Source: Negaprion brevirostris (Eukaryota). Taken from it: a DNA stretch of 61,974 nucleotides. Of the stretch, positions 24,868 to 38,559 are shown piece by piece. The notes under the pieces are model-generated. The model was not told the DNA's origin and did no database searches. It worked only from the letters and a program-made list of their open reading frames with translations. The DNA lies in the NCBI GenBank assembly GCA_030324005.1, contig JARDVH010000031.1, positions 77,054,566 through 77,116,539 of the forward strand, read 5' to 3'. The stretch's first letter is position 1. Each line of letters opens with the position of its first letter. The position numbers were made by a program, and so were the translations under genes.

Positions 24868-27751
24868 GTGGTGTCTGCATGCATGCAGTGCCAAAATCAG
24901 AAGTTGCTGTTTGTGATTTCCTTATTCTCCGCAAATATATTTTTGAAGTTCTGGTAGATGGTAATCTTCACCCGTCACTAAACAGATGAGAACTTCCATT
25001 TTATGTTGTTTTCTCCTTACACCACCTTAATGACGTGAAACTAGGTTTATAATATTTGCTAAGTCGTTATTACAGCTGAATGACCTTTCCACTCCTAAAA
25101 AATTTATTTGTGGAGAAAGTCCATAGTTCTTTAAAACATGAAAAAGTAATGTTTGTTTAATACTTCTGCTTTCAGTATCAATAATCCAATCTTTATTTCA
25201 TTTTCTAAACTTACAAAAAATAAAGGGCAATTTGTGCATTCGCATTCTGGTTTATTCTGCTTTAAATTAACACCTCATTTTATGATATAAGCAAAACATT
25301 GACGCTAGAGATAAAATGGAATAAAAACAGAATATGCTGGAAAAACTCAGCAGATCTGGGAACATCTGTGGAAAGTAATACAGGGAAACTGTGTTCAGTT
25401 TTACTTCAGGAAGCGTGTCACAGCCATGCCATATGTGTATATACAAGAAATTTGTTAAAATTTCAGAAATAAGAAGGTTAAATTTGTCTAGTCGTGACTA
25501 TTTTAATCAAAACAAAGCAGATTAAGAGGAAATCTGATGGACATATTCAAAATTAAGAGATATTGCTGAAGTAAAAACTATTTTCACTGATTGTGCTAAA
25601 CCATTAACTACAGGCATAAATGTAAGATTATGAAAAGATTAAATGGAATGAATGATAGTGTTCGTTTGCACAGAGGGTTGTTTAGGATATGGAATGTCCT
25701 ATCTGGAATATTAATAGAATTGGAATCCATAAGGATATTTTGAAAAATTCATTTTTAAACTTAAAATTTAGGCATGCAGTGGAAATGGAACAAGAAGCAC
25801 TGTTATGCTGCAAAATGTTATGACTGCCATTGTGAAAATTATAGTTTTTAATTTTACATTTTAATTCAAGGATCCGCTTTGCGAAAGATATAATGAGTAT
25901 TAACATATTAGTACAGAAGCCATTGAGTTAATCTGCCTTGATCTGGTTCAGATTTTCCTTCAGGAAGGAACAATTTTCTGTTCCTCTGTGACATGGTACT
26001 TCCCTTCTCTGTATTATTGTGAATTTAAGCTAAGGCTCGTCCAGGGAATCAGAATTTCCTTGTATCCCAGAAGTATGCAGGTTCATAGTATACCTTCCCT
26101 TTGCAGTAGAGAAATCATGAGCATTTGCGTGAAAGGATTTTGATACAATTATCATGTGCTAAAAGTGAGAAAAATTAAGCCTTCTACTTGATAGTCCCCT
26201 TATTACGTTAGATTGCTTTGTGTATGAGTTTTAACATGTATTCAATGGAAGATTTACTTATTCACTGTGACTTAACACACTGTTCCTTAAGAACTGTAAA
26301 CTGAACACTTGATGACATATTCATAAAAGCGTATGTGCAAATATACCAGTACACTCGGCAATCATAGAGTCATAGAGGTTTAGCATGGAAACAGGTCCTT
26401 TGGCCCAACTTGTCCATGCCACCCCTTTTTTAATCCCTAAGTTAGTCCCGATTGCCCACGNNNNNNNNNNNNNNNNNNNNNNNNNNNNNNNNNNNNNNNN
26501 NNNNNNNNNNNNNNNNNNNNNNNNNNNNNNNNNNNNNNNNNNNNNNNNNNNNNNNNNNNNGTTAGTCCCGATTGCCCACGTTTGGCCTGCATTGTGATAC
26601 CATGTGCAATCTCATGACATTGCCCATGGCATCCAGACCAAATGTGGTTTTAGATAAAGTGAGAGTAGAAATCAGGAGGTGCAGATAATTGGACCAGGAT
26701 ATGCGGCTGTAACTCAGTCCTTATTAAAATAATGCATTCTGTCCTTGTATTAGCATTCTAAATCCCTCTGTCCATGTTTCTGTTCAGGGCTGCAAATATA
26801 AGTTGATCTCAGTACGTCATTACAGCACAAGCTCACAAGGCCTAGGAATTTATAATGGAAAGTTGACTGGAGCTTTAATATATAATACTCAATGCATATT
26901 AAAATCTTGCAACTGTACCAATTCCTGGAGGTACATTAATTTGTATGCCACAGTTTTGTCACGCCTGTCATCTTTTGCACTGTTGGATAAGACATGAGTA
27001 AAACAAAGTAAGCTAAGCTATTTATCAATCCCCCCACGATAGGTTGCACTGTTCTGAAAATTATATTGACTATGCCCTTCTAAATAAATTTTATTTTTAT
27101 ATCCATTGCTTTTAAAATGTTTCAGGTTTTAAGTGTATTAAAAAAAGGCTAATTTTTCTGAGGTTCAAATTAAAGGCCGTCTATAAAAATGCCCAAATTT
27201 TGTCTTGAATGCTCGAGGCCTATTATTCAGTCTTGGAAGGAAATGCCCTGGCTAATTTGCAGGGGTGGAATTTCTGACTACCCCATCCACTGAGCTAGCA
27301 CACTCATTTGTTTCAGTAGCCCCACCCCTTTATCTGCATTTTACTCAGTACTGATGGGCCCTTCAATAATGTGTAACTTACACAGTATCAGGAAAATCAC
27401 AGTGCTATGTCATAAAAATTAACTTTTGACTTGTTCAGTCATTGTAAATGGCCCCATGATAGAAAATGCTTATTGTGCAATGACACTGGAAACCTGTTCT
27501 TGTTTCCAAACATACTACTTGCAGTGAAATAATCACTTGTATTTCAGTGGTGGAGGTTAAGTTTATATAGGCCAAGTGACATTTGCCATTTTAAAATCTT
27601 TTAAGCATTTGTGTCATGCAAATAGTATTAACTGTAACACTTACTTTTCAAACTTTAACATTTATCAGGTAATTTTAATTTGTATACATTTTTCAAAACA
27701 GCCAAAAGAGGAGGTTGTGCTTATGGAACTTCCTTGTTCCATAAATGAGCT

Positions 27752-27823
27752 TCCTCACTGGTGTCGAGGTTTGTATCCCCACCTGTCAAATGGGCAACCA
27801 GGGTTCAATTCCCCGACAAGAAC
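27752..27823 (+). pseudogene. tRNA-Asp(GTC) pseudogene
   Basis: Colinear over 72 nt with vertebrate tRNA-Asp (gtatcccc.cctgtca...gggttc.attccccgac). Anticodon GTC at 27785-27787; acceptor and D stems are broken. Confidence 0.8.
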
Positions 27824-27863
27824 CTGTCAAGCTTCATGACATCGCCGCGATGGTGTCTGTTTG

Positions 27864-28165
27864 GGATGGCGTGGTGGCACAGTGGTTAGCACTGCTGCCT
27901 CACAGCACTAGGGATCCGGGTTCAATCCTGGCCTCGCGTCACTGTCTGCCTGGAGTTTGCATATTCTCCCTTGTCTGCGTGGATTTCCTCCTGGTGCCCT
28001 GGTTCCCATCTACAGTGCAAAGATTTGCAGGTTAGGTTGATTATTTGTACTAACTTGACCCTAGTGTAAGAGGGATTGGGTTACGGGAATAGGGTCTGGG
28101 TAGGATTGTGGTAGGTGCAGACTTGATGGGCTGAATGGCCGCCTCCTGCACTGTAGAATTCTATG
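27864..28165 (+). mobile_element. HE1-type V-SINE, full length
   Basis: A box tggcacagtgg, B box gttcaatcc, V-domain and tail. Confidence 0.9.
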
Positions 28166-29536
28166 GACATTCTTTTCAAAGTGCCACTTTCAAAAATTGC
28201 TTCTCAACATAAAATGCATTTAACACTTTCAGGTTGCGTTGCTTCATCAAAAGGCTTTATTTAAAATGTGAACCTGTACTGTGGAAATACTTCAGGACAT
28301 GTTCTGCAAAAAAAAATCAAAATATGTAAATTATTAACAAAAGAGATTATGATATGGTCTGAAGGCCTATTTATGGAGTTACAACTTGATCACCCGTGTT
28401 GCTAATGTATTTCTTTACTGCGAAGAGCTTATTCGACAGAAATCTCTTTTCAGTCAGAAGAAAAGTTGCCACAGGAAAAGTGTTCCTTTTTTTTAACAAA
28501 AGCAAATTGCTTATCATTCCACAGATTAACCCAATGTAAGGCCACAGCAGTTGCTAAAGTCAATCATGTTCCAGCCTCCAAATCAGTGAGCTACACCATA
28601 TCTGACAACAAAATGTGTGCAGCAATTGTTCAGTTGACATAATACAATAGAAGTCTAAATATAATAGAATTTAATAGAAGTTTAAAACCCCCAGGCCATG
28701 GTATAGCTGTTTCAGATTTGTGCCCCATATCGCACCTTTTTGTTCTATTCCAAGTATGTGGAAATGTGTTTGGGAACTGTAAGTTCAACAAATAGAATGG
28801 TACAGCACAGAAGGAGACCATTTGAACCATCTTGTATGAGCTTTGTTCATTTTATTTAAGATGGATATGCCACCTGCATAGTCTTTAGTTCACCACTTGA
28901 ATGTTCCATGAGTTATGAGTCCATAACTTCTATTCAACATTCCAAAGACTTTTGGCCAAAGCAATGCAATAGTTTTAATGTGTTTTAAATTCCTTATAGG
29001 TTCAAGGAACAGGTATCATTTGGTTTGATATATTGCTTATAATGCCATTCTACTGTTGGTACATTCAATGTGTAATATTGAATCCATAACGTTTTGCCAG
29101 ATTCGGAGAAGACGATTTCAGAAATGCAAAATTTTAGCTATTGTAGGACCCAGGCCATCTGTGAGTGTTGCAACTGAGAGTTGTAAAGCATGCTCATAAC
29201 TATTTATTTTGTACTCACATTAGGCTGTTCTGCACTGATGGGCAACAAGATTGTGGCATTCTTTTGTCTTTTGAGATGCCACAGGAACTTAATTTTTTCC
29301 CACGATCAAGTAAATGATTAGCTCTTTAATATGTATAGGGTGCAAAGGAAATCACAATTGGCAGCTCTGTAAGGTTACAGTCTTAATTAATGCAAAAGCC
29401 AGCATCTCTCTGTTGCAAACACAACTAGTCACTTTCTGTTGTGGCTTGTAAGCTTTATATAAGTTTGTTAATCATGCAACTGCTGTTTATTGTATACTGA
29501 AATTTTTCTAATACCCTTCCCACCTGTCAAACCCAG

Positions 29537-29632
29537 ACTGTGCATAGTTGGTTGAGTGATGAGGTGTTGGCCAGGTCCTGTTCGAGTACCTCTGGGCCTG
29601 GTGAAATTGGCCTGGAAGAAAAGTGTAAACAG
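29537..29632 (+). CDS. CLASP1: Probable CLASP1 96-nt cassette exon, TVHSWLSDEVLARSCSSTSGPGEIGLEEKCKQ
   Basis: ctaat branch point, pyrimidine tract and cccag acceptor; CAG|GTAGAA donor; open frame, phase 0-0. Resembles an insert ending ...LEERCKQ-AAQVVL that I recall from fish clasp1 isoforms. Confidence 0.8.
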
Positions 29633-30574
29633 GTAGAAAAATGTTGCACCTACTAATCTCAAGTTGCTTTTTTTCCCTGTATCATTGGCTCTTTTTTTAA
29701 CTTGGCTGCACAAGGGTCTTGGCCTGACTGATTTCTGTTTCTGTGTAACAACCATGTGTTTGTTCACTCTACTGTATTGCCAGTGGCAGTTGTCTTCCCA
29801 TAATTATACAGCACGTAGGTGGTGGACTCTGGGAATAAGGTTTGCCTTTTCTTTGCAGTGTTAATAAGTAACAAACAGCATTGGCCCTGACATGAGGACT
29901 GCTGCTTGTAGTGTTGGAATGCATGCTCATCTGTTAACTAATGTATCTGAAAGTACATTAACACAGTTCTTTAAATATATGTTTATTTGAAACTTGAAAT
30001 GTGTTCTTTGATATCAGTGCAAATTGGATTGATGCTAGCAAGCCTGTAGTAAATCCACTTGTAGTTAATTGTTACCTAAATGTAAAAGAATTTGGGGCTA
30101 ATATGACTGTGTAGTAGATCTGAACTTATAACCTTGCCCATGTTAATTGGATGCACCACTGTGTATTAATTCTAACAAGAATATTAACTTTTTATTCCAG
30201 CGCATTCCCAGCAGATTTATGCACTTGCACGACATATATTTATTATTCTGGTTATTTAAAATTGGAATAGTTACCCTGACATAAACAGGTCACGAGCTAA
30301 TTGAACATGTAAAAGTTGTTGCTCTCTTGAATGATGAGGCATCCAACATTTGATGAACTGCCATTAATAAACTTATTAACAAAATTGAAGGTCAGGGGGT
30401 TAGAGAAGAAATGGCTGCATGGATATGAAATTGAATGAGGGGCAGAAAGCACAGCATATTGGTGAGTGGTTGTTCTGGAGGGAAGTGAGAGAGTTGGCCA
30501 TCCAGGGTGTTATGCTTTAGAAACAAATCACTAAGCCAGACAAAAAAAATTTTTGAAAAAAAAACTGCTTATTT

Positions 30575-32290
30575 TGATTCCACTTTCCAGCACCTGTTCT
30601 ATGGCTTTGTAGGTTACAGCACTCCAGATGTAGATCCAGGTACCTTTTTAAATTAGTTCAGCATTTCAGCCTCAACCACAACTTGAGCAATGAACTCCAG
30701 ACACCCACCATCCTCTGGGCGAAAAGGTTTTTTCTCATCTCTCATCTAATCCTTATATAATCACCTTAAACCTCCTGATAATTGACCCTTCAGCTAGGGG
30801 AAATGAGACTTTCCTGTCTGGGCCCCTCATAATTTTGTACACCTCAATTAGGTTACTCATTGGGCTGCTCTGCTGTAAGGAGAGCAACTGTAGCCTATCA
30901 ATCTCTCTTTATAGCTGCAGCTTTCAAGCCCTGGCACCGTTCTTGTGAATCGTCTCTTCATTCTCCTGAAGCAATTGCAGTGACCAGAGCTGTGTACAGA
31001 ACTCCAGTTATGGCCTAACCAGCTATTTGTACTGTTCCATCATTACATCCCTGCTTTTATATTTGATATCTCATCCAATAAAAGAAAGCATCTCAGATGC
31101 TTCCTTGTCCACCTGTCCTGTCACCTTCAAGGACCTGTGGACGTGAACTGCAAGGCCTGTCACTTCCTCAATCCCTCTCAATATCTTCCATTTATAGAAT
31201 ATTCCCTTGCTTTTCTTTCCCTCCCCAAATGAATTACCTCAGTTTTCCAAATTGAATTCCATTTGCCATATCTCTACCCACTCAACCAAACCATTGATAT
31301 CATTCTGGAATTGACACCTATCCTCTTCATTATCAACTACGTAGCCAATTTTTATGCCATCTGCAAATTTCCCCATCATCCCACCTACATTTAAGTCTAA
31401 ATCATTAATATAAACAGCAAGGGCCCCAGCACTGAGCTCTATGGAACACCAGTGGAAACTGTTTTCCATTCACAAAAACACCCATAGACCATTATACTCG
31501 TCGTTTCCCACCACTGAGCCAATTTTGGATCCAGTCTGCCACTTATTCCTGTGTCCCAGGAGTTCTCACTTTTCTGACCGGTCTGCCATGTGGGACCTTG
31601 TCAGATATCTTACTGAAATCCATGTAGACACTATCCACTGCACTACCCTCATCAATCCTCCTTGTTACTCAAAAATAAAAGTTGGAAAGATGCAATTTCC
31701 CCTAACAGAGCCATGCTGTTGTTTCTTTCTAAGTTTATCCTGTCTCAATTGTTTGATGATGAAGGGGATGGATAGGATAGAGGTGGAGAGGCTCTTCCCG
31801 CTCAGAAAGGACAGTAGGACTAGGGGGCACNNNNNNNNNNNNNNNNNNNNNNNNNNNNNNNNNNNNNNNNNNNNNNNNNNNNNNNNNNNNNNNNNNNNNN
31901 NNNNNNNNNNNNNNNNNNNNNNNNNNNNNNGTTATCCCTCGCATCCTTTATAAATAATGGTGCAACATTTGCAAACCTCCAGTCGTCTGGTACCTCACCT
32001 GCATCTGGCGAGAATTAGAAAATCATCCAGTGTACCTGCCATTTCCTATCAGGTTTCCTTCAACAGCCTGGGATACAATCCATCTGCCCCTGGTGCACTA
32101 TTCATCTTCAAAGATGCCCAGTACTTTCCTCTTCCACTATACTTATTGTGTCTAATACTTTTCACATCACTTGTCTGAATCATCCATCTCAGTAAAAACA
32201 GAGACAAAATGTCATTGAGAATCCTGCCCACTTTCTTCTGAACACATAAGTTATCATGTACATCTCTGATAGGCCCTATCTTTCCTCCCT
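30575..32290 (-). mobile_element. CR1 LINE ORF2 fragments, interrupted by a + strand CR1 piece and a gap at ~31755-31930
   Basis: Minus-strand YINDLD...KFAD (RT motif) and SAPGADGLYPRLLKE. Confidence 0.85.
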
Positions 32291-33273
32291 ATTCAGTAAT
32301 GATTTCTAAAGGGAATTAGTTTAATACCTTAAATGAAAAAAATTACAAAGCTATGGTGAACAAGCACAAGGGTGTGACTAATTGGATAGCTCTTTTAAAA
32401 GCCAAAATAGGCACAAATCACTTGATCTTCTGGGCTGTGATTTGTATATGCATAGCATGTTCTGCCAGGATTTATTATACACCCATGATATTCTTTGGCA
32501 TAAGGAAAAGCTGCAAGTTCAAGTTGTAGAATGCTATTTCTGTTGAAAATTCTGCAAGTGTTCAATGAATTTGTTTTACCATTTTCTTTTGCTTGTCCTT
32601 TCCAATACCAAACCCTGTGACAAAAAAACGCACAGAAAATAGCAAACTCTGATAGTTTAATGTGAAATACAAATTAGTAAGAGGAATGGTATGTTTTTTA
32701 AAAAAGATTATTGGCTGTCTAAATGTCACTGTGCTGCTGGGAATAGAGGTTTAAAAATGGTAACTGCTTAGAACAATCTTTGTACCAGAAAATGACAGCA
32801 GACTACGTGTCCATTGTGATTGATTTCAGTAATGCTATATCGGTTTAAGCTGTATGGTGCAAACCTGAGTACTGAACTAGCTGAACTCTTTTAAGAAAAA
32901 ATTAAACAGGTTAAACTGTAAAAATGGCAATGTTGCAGTCTGCTCTATAGTTGATGTCAGTAGTTTCTGGCTTGTAACGCAAATGTTACACACCCCTTTG
33001 AAATGCAGAGCGCAGATGCAGGGTCCATAATATATGATCATGTCTATTTTGAAATGCTGAGCCTAGATGCAGTGACCAGAATATAATGCTGCATCTGTGT
33101 AAAGAGAAGCCAATAATCTTCAAATGTAGCAAAGGCTATTCAAGGTTCCCATTGGGTATCTGATTTCGAATGGGACTGTTTAGATGGTGCTCTTGGGTTA
33201 ATAGGAATGAGCAGAATTCTTTCATTGTACTTTCCTTTTGTTTTTAACCAGTGCTTCTTTCTGTTTTCTCCAG

Positions 33274-33417
33274 GCTGCGCAGGTTGTGCTGATTTCTCTG
33301 TTTGAGCTGAATACTCCTGAGTTCACAATGTTACTTGGTGCCTTGCCAAAAACATTCCAAGATGGTGCCACCAAGCTCCTTCACAATCACTTGAAGAACT
33401 CTAGCAACACTAGTGTG
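33274..33417 (+). CDS. CLASP1: CLASP1 exon, AAQVVLISLFELNTPEF...KNSSNTSV
   Basis: ttttctccag acceptor, GTACTT donor, 144 nt, phase 0-0. Confidence 0.98.
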
Positions 33418-33477
33418 GTACTTCGCTTCTACCACTTTTTAATGCAATAATTCAATAATTAAAAATAGCCAGTTATG

Positions 33478-33730
33478 AAGTATTATGGTCATGGTACTGG
33501 TTAGCAACTTGGATGCCGTGAGTTAAAATTCCAACATGGCAAGTTGAGGAATTAAATTCAATAAGTCAATTGATTAATTTAGTAACTAATAAAAGAAAAC
33601 TGTTATATTGTTATAAAAAGCAACCTGGTTCACTAATGTCCTGACAGTACCTAGTCTGGCATACATGTTACGGCAATCCCATACTGCGTAGTTAACTTTG
33701 AATACTTCTGGGCACCTAGGGATACCAAGT
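33478..33730 (+). mobile_element. tRNA-headed SINE relic, second family
   Basis: ggaattaaattcaa...ctggttcactaatgtcc core. Confidence 0.6.
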
Positions 33731-34039
33731 GAACACGGTCTGTCTGTCTGTGTTGCGCATAGCATGGGAACAAATTAAAAAGAAAATAGTGCAGTCTTAT
33801 TTTGTGAGCTGGGCAAATGGCACAATTGCAATTTCCAGTTGGAATAAATACCTCCATAATTTGCATTATGATACTTAGAACTTAGAAATGGAAGTGGAAA
33901 AGAAATTTGTGATTCTAATACCCTATTAGATTTCTTTCTGTCAAATATCTAGATATAAGTAAGATACTTGTTTTGGCAATCTACATATCTCTTCCCTTGC
34001 AATCACGCTGTGTACAATGATAGAAATAGAGTGTATTTT

Positions 34040-34550
34040 AACCCACAACTACATATGTTGGACAATATTCAGTCATGTGCACTGCCATAGAAAGAAAATA
34101 TTTATTTCGGAGGAGGTGCAATACTGATTTACTGGAATGATACCTTAACTCCAAGGATTAAATTATGAGGAGCACTTGGACAAAGAGTTGTAGAAGGTGG
34201 AATTTAGAAGGTTAAGAAGTGATTTGATTGAAATTTTTAAGACATTAAGGGGAACAGATAGAGATCAGCTGTTTCTGCCGTTCTTGGGGGGTGGATCCAG
34301 GACTGTGGGGCATTAAGGTTAGAACCAGGTCCTTCAACAGTGAAGTAAGGATACATTTTTGCATACAAGAATGGTAAAAGTTGTGAACTTCCTTCTCCCA
34401 ATGACTGTTGGATTAATTATTTATTTTAAATCTGAGATTTATAGAGTTCTGAAAAATCTATCACCAGTATTAAAGGGGTCAGAGATTGTAATTGGGTCAC
34501 AGAGCAGCCATGAACACGTTGATGATCTAAATAAGCGACTGCTGTTTCTA
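34040..34550 (+). mobile_element. CR1 LINE 3' fragment
   Basis: Degenerate similarity to 17521-18095. Confidence 0.7.
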
Positions 34551-34835
34551 TGTTTTGAAGCTGCATTTTTGCTCATTTTATAATCAACCTCTAATGCGAT
34601 CGCAAGATTAAAGTTGCAGTCTAAAAATTGAAATTGGCAGTTGACACACATTTCTAACTTTCCTCTCCTACTTGGTTTGGTTCCGATATTTTAATCTGAA
34701 GACTCTTGTGATTAATTACATGAGTGATTCAGTTGTAATGTATGACAGCGTTGCTCATGTTCCAGTAATTCTAGCTGACATCAGTGGAAGTTCATAATGA
34801 TTCACAGCTCATTTTATTTTCTGTTCTTGCTGCAG

Positions 34836-34942
34836 AGTTCACCTAGCAACACAATGGGACGCACACCTTCACGGCACTCCAGCAGCCGAACAAGCCCTCT
34901 TACCTCTCCCACAAATTGCTCGCAAGGTGGTCTTTCCCCAAG
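34836..34942 (+). CDS. CLASP1: CLASP1 exon, SSPSNTMGRTPSRHSSSRTSPLTSPTNCSQGGLSP(S)
   Basis: cttgctgcag acceptor, GTAATA donor, 107 nt, phase 0-2. Confidence 0.97.
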
Positions 34943-36720
34943 GTAATAAATTATTAATTTTTTTTTTTTACTTATCCATAGCAAGTTTGTGATGTATATC
35001 AAGTTCCTGAGTGAAATCTATTATGAAAATAATAATTAAAATCTCGTCCATTTGCTGGAAGTTCCTTATCTTTACAACCTTCAAAATGCATAAGCAGTCA
35101 TAACTTTTTCAAGCCTTATTTTTTCCATTTCATTTTTATTCCATCTGCTGTTCCCTTGCCTTGTCAATTTTTGAATAGCAGCTACATGTGGCGTCCTACA
35201 ACAAATGTTAAGATCCATCCCATGAGGATAATTTATGACAGTAAATTTTGTATCCAAGTCCCATCTTTTTCTCATTTCCTACTGCCCACTCTTATAATGG
35301 AAGGGAAAAAACACCCTAGAAGTTTCACATAAGGAACTAATTTATGCAAACCTATTACCATGTACCAGATCCTGTATCTTGTCCTTCCTTTATGATTCAG
35401 TCCAGATACTTCATAACATATTATCCTATGANNNNNNNNNNNNNNNNNNNNNNNNNNNNNNNNNNNNNNNNNNNNNNNNNNNNNNNNNNNNNNNNNNNNN
35501 NNNNNNNNNNNNNNNNNNNNNNNNNNNNNNNATACTTCATAACATATTATCCTATGACACTGGAGCTTTTGCCGGACCCGAGATGTAATTTCTATGATAT
35601 ATGACGTAAATGCTATTGTTGCAACCCAATAATGTTGAATAAAATGAACACATTTTTAAAAAATGAAGAATCCAGGTTTCTTGACAAAAATGCACTTTAA
35701 GGAACCATTTTTTTCTATGGGAAATGTGATGACTTTAAACAGATTTCTTGGAGCTGGATGTTTTCAGGAACTTATCAAGCTCCAAAACATCCTGAAAAGG
35801 TCATGCAGCAAAGGTATACACCAAAATAATACAGGGTATCTCTCTCCCCTCAATCAAACTCTTTCTTTTCGTAACACATCACGTGCATGAAACTACCATG
35901 CCATTATGCCATTTTCAAACTGCACTCACTAAAATGGCATTTTAATTCCTGTTTCATTGTTCTCGCACAAGCTTTTTTTTTCATTAAATTGTATTGTATG
36001 TTTGTTTTTGGGAAAACATAAACAGATATGCTGATACACACTATTGTCTTAATGCTATTAACATAAGTATTTCTGGCTTATTTCACATTTTAAAAGCATG
36101 GTTCTTGGATAAATTAGCATTATTAATTCTTGTTTGCAATGTAATACTGCTAGTTTGAGGAACCTCTGTATTAATAGAAACCCAATAACAAAATGGAACA
36201 CTTCATCTTAAAAATTATTATTGGTCAATGAAAAATTACTGTAAGTCATTCAGAGGTTTATCACAAGTGTGGTGTTCCTCCCAACCTTGTGCAACTAGTA
36301 GTAAATAAATGAAAAATGTATCTGCTGATAACTGCAGTGGTTTATATTCATGGTGAATGTAACTGACTTTGTATGGTGAAAGTGTCTGTTTTTTTTGTAC
36401 ATAAAAGGGATGTAGTTGTTGTGAATTGGTTGCTTGTCTATTTTTGTACATAAATGTTAGGCTGCTCATAACAGTGCCCAAGTATGCATATGTGCTAGAA
36501 CTTGGACAGTAAAGGCCTTTAGTCAGATTTTTCTGAAGTATTTATCAGATCTTAATTACCTCTAATGTTTAATGTTAATGATTTTGATACCAGATACCAG
36601 TGCATGGAAGTTGATGAAGTTAGGTAAAGTAGGGGAGAATTACATGAGATGAGATGCAGTTTAAGGCATCATAGTTGAGAGCGTTTGATAGCTGTGTATG
36701 CTTGGGAAGCCACCAGCAGA

Positions 36721-37030
36721 TTTTTGTATTCATTCATGGGATGTGGATGTCTGGCTGGCCAACATTTGTTGCCTATTCTCAATTGCCCTTGAACCGAGAG
36801 GCTTGCTAGGCCACTTCAGAGGGATATTTTTTAAGAATCAACCACCTTGCTGCAGATCTGGATTATCATGCAAGCCAGACCACACAAGGACATTATGAAG
36901 CAGGTTTATTTGTAATGACAACCAACAATGGTTCTATGGTCTTTAGACTTTTAATCCCAGATTTTTATTGAAGCCAGGTATCCAGAGCAATTACCCTGAG
37001 TCTCTGGATTACCAGTCCAGTTACAATACA
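36721..37030 (-). mobile_element. tRNA-headed SINE, second family
   Basis: Similar to 15685-16062. Confidence 0.65.
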
Positions 37031-38559
37031 GTGATGGAGGGTCGAAGGCTGGATGGAGGTGACAGTGTTGTGAACAGGAGTTTGTGATGAAGAAGTAAGG
37101 ATGGAAATGGATGATTTTGGTAATGAATTGGTTGTGAGATTTGAATCTCTGTTCAGGGCTGAACCAATCCTGACAATTGAATCATCTTGAGGTGTGGAGA
37201 TCCTGACGGGATTGCAAACAGAGACACCCCAAATTAGAATACAGATTTGCACTAGGGATTATTCACAATAATATTTGAGTCCCTCCAAGGTTGAACTTTG
37301 AGTTTTATGCATGTAAATGTAATAAATATACAGGTATATGGTAAAATAATAGATTAGATTAGCAATCTATCAGCTGTTTCAGCAGAATTTCATCAATGGT
37401 TTTTGTTAGAGGCTGTTATGATAGTTTTTAAATACAACAAGAAACCATCATTCCTCATAGCCAAACAAAGTAACAATGGGGTCAAAATGATTTATTAAAC
37501 TATGGCCAGCTATAGGACTCTGAAAGTCCATTCAGAGTGAAAAATTCAGAGATACAAAGGCAATTAAAGTCTCAGATTCAATTACAAGTAGTTAGCAAAT
37601 ACCAATAGATGTATAGGAGTTATCTCTATCCAATCAGAGTTCGGGCTACATCATGCATACATAAGGGTACAATGTCCAATTAAACCTGGTGCATGTTATA
37701 CCACCAAGAAATTGGTCTTGTTGACCAATGATAACTCAACTCCCTTTCCACTGTTCCTTATTCCTGTTTGCCCATTAGAACTGCAGCTGCACATCATTCA
37801 ATTAGATAGTCCTTGACCTTTATCTGGGCTTACTGTAATTACTGTAATACTGTAATCGTTTGCATGTAGCTTTCCCTGTGTGACTGAGGTTCAGCCTGCA
37901 GCTTATGTGATTTTTAAACTTGTATGATTTTTAATCCTTTCTGTTTTTAAAATGGAGGTGGTAATGATCACGCAAATTAACTCAAATGGATTTACAAATT
38001 GTCAGATAGAATTCCTTTAGGAGGCACAGTCCTGTACTCAGGAGATATAAACAAGGATGGGTCACTTACAGGCTATGGACTGCTTACAAGTATAAATTTA
38101 TCATTAGTGCTGACGAAGGACAAGTTTGAATATGGAAAGCCTTCCCAAGACTTGGCCATGCAGTGACCCAAAGTTGTAATGTAGCCAAACATGTCAATAT
38201 GCAGGATAATCAAAGGTGCCCAGTTCAGGAATTTAGCTGATTGTTTTATTTATGAGAACTCTGCTGCACTACTAGCCCATTTGTTTAATGCTTTCATTTG
38301 TTGGGAATTTGTTTGTACTGTATAAAATTTTATACACAGAGGTTATTGACTTATTGTAGTCATCTATATTAACTTCCAAATGTACTTCTGCCCATATGAA
38401 CTGGAGCTTTATTAAACATTTAGCCCTACAGGGCCACAGCAGCTAAATAGATGAGTGTTGACTAAGGAAGAATTTGGGAGCAATTCTCCCATCCCACTGC
38501 GCTTAAAAAAAAAAGCTAAAGAATTATCCAATTCTCTGGCATGATTTAAAGGTTAAAGA

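Noticed and set aside
38110-38132. CTGACGAAGGACAAGTTTGAAT hammerhead-like string
   Set aside because: Too degenerate to call: GAAA is broken and the stems are unsupported.
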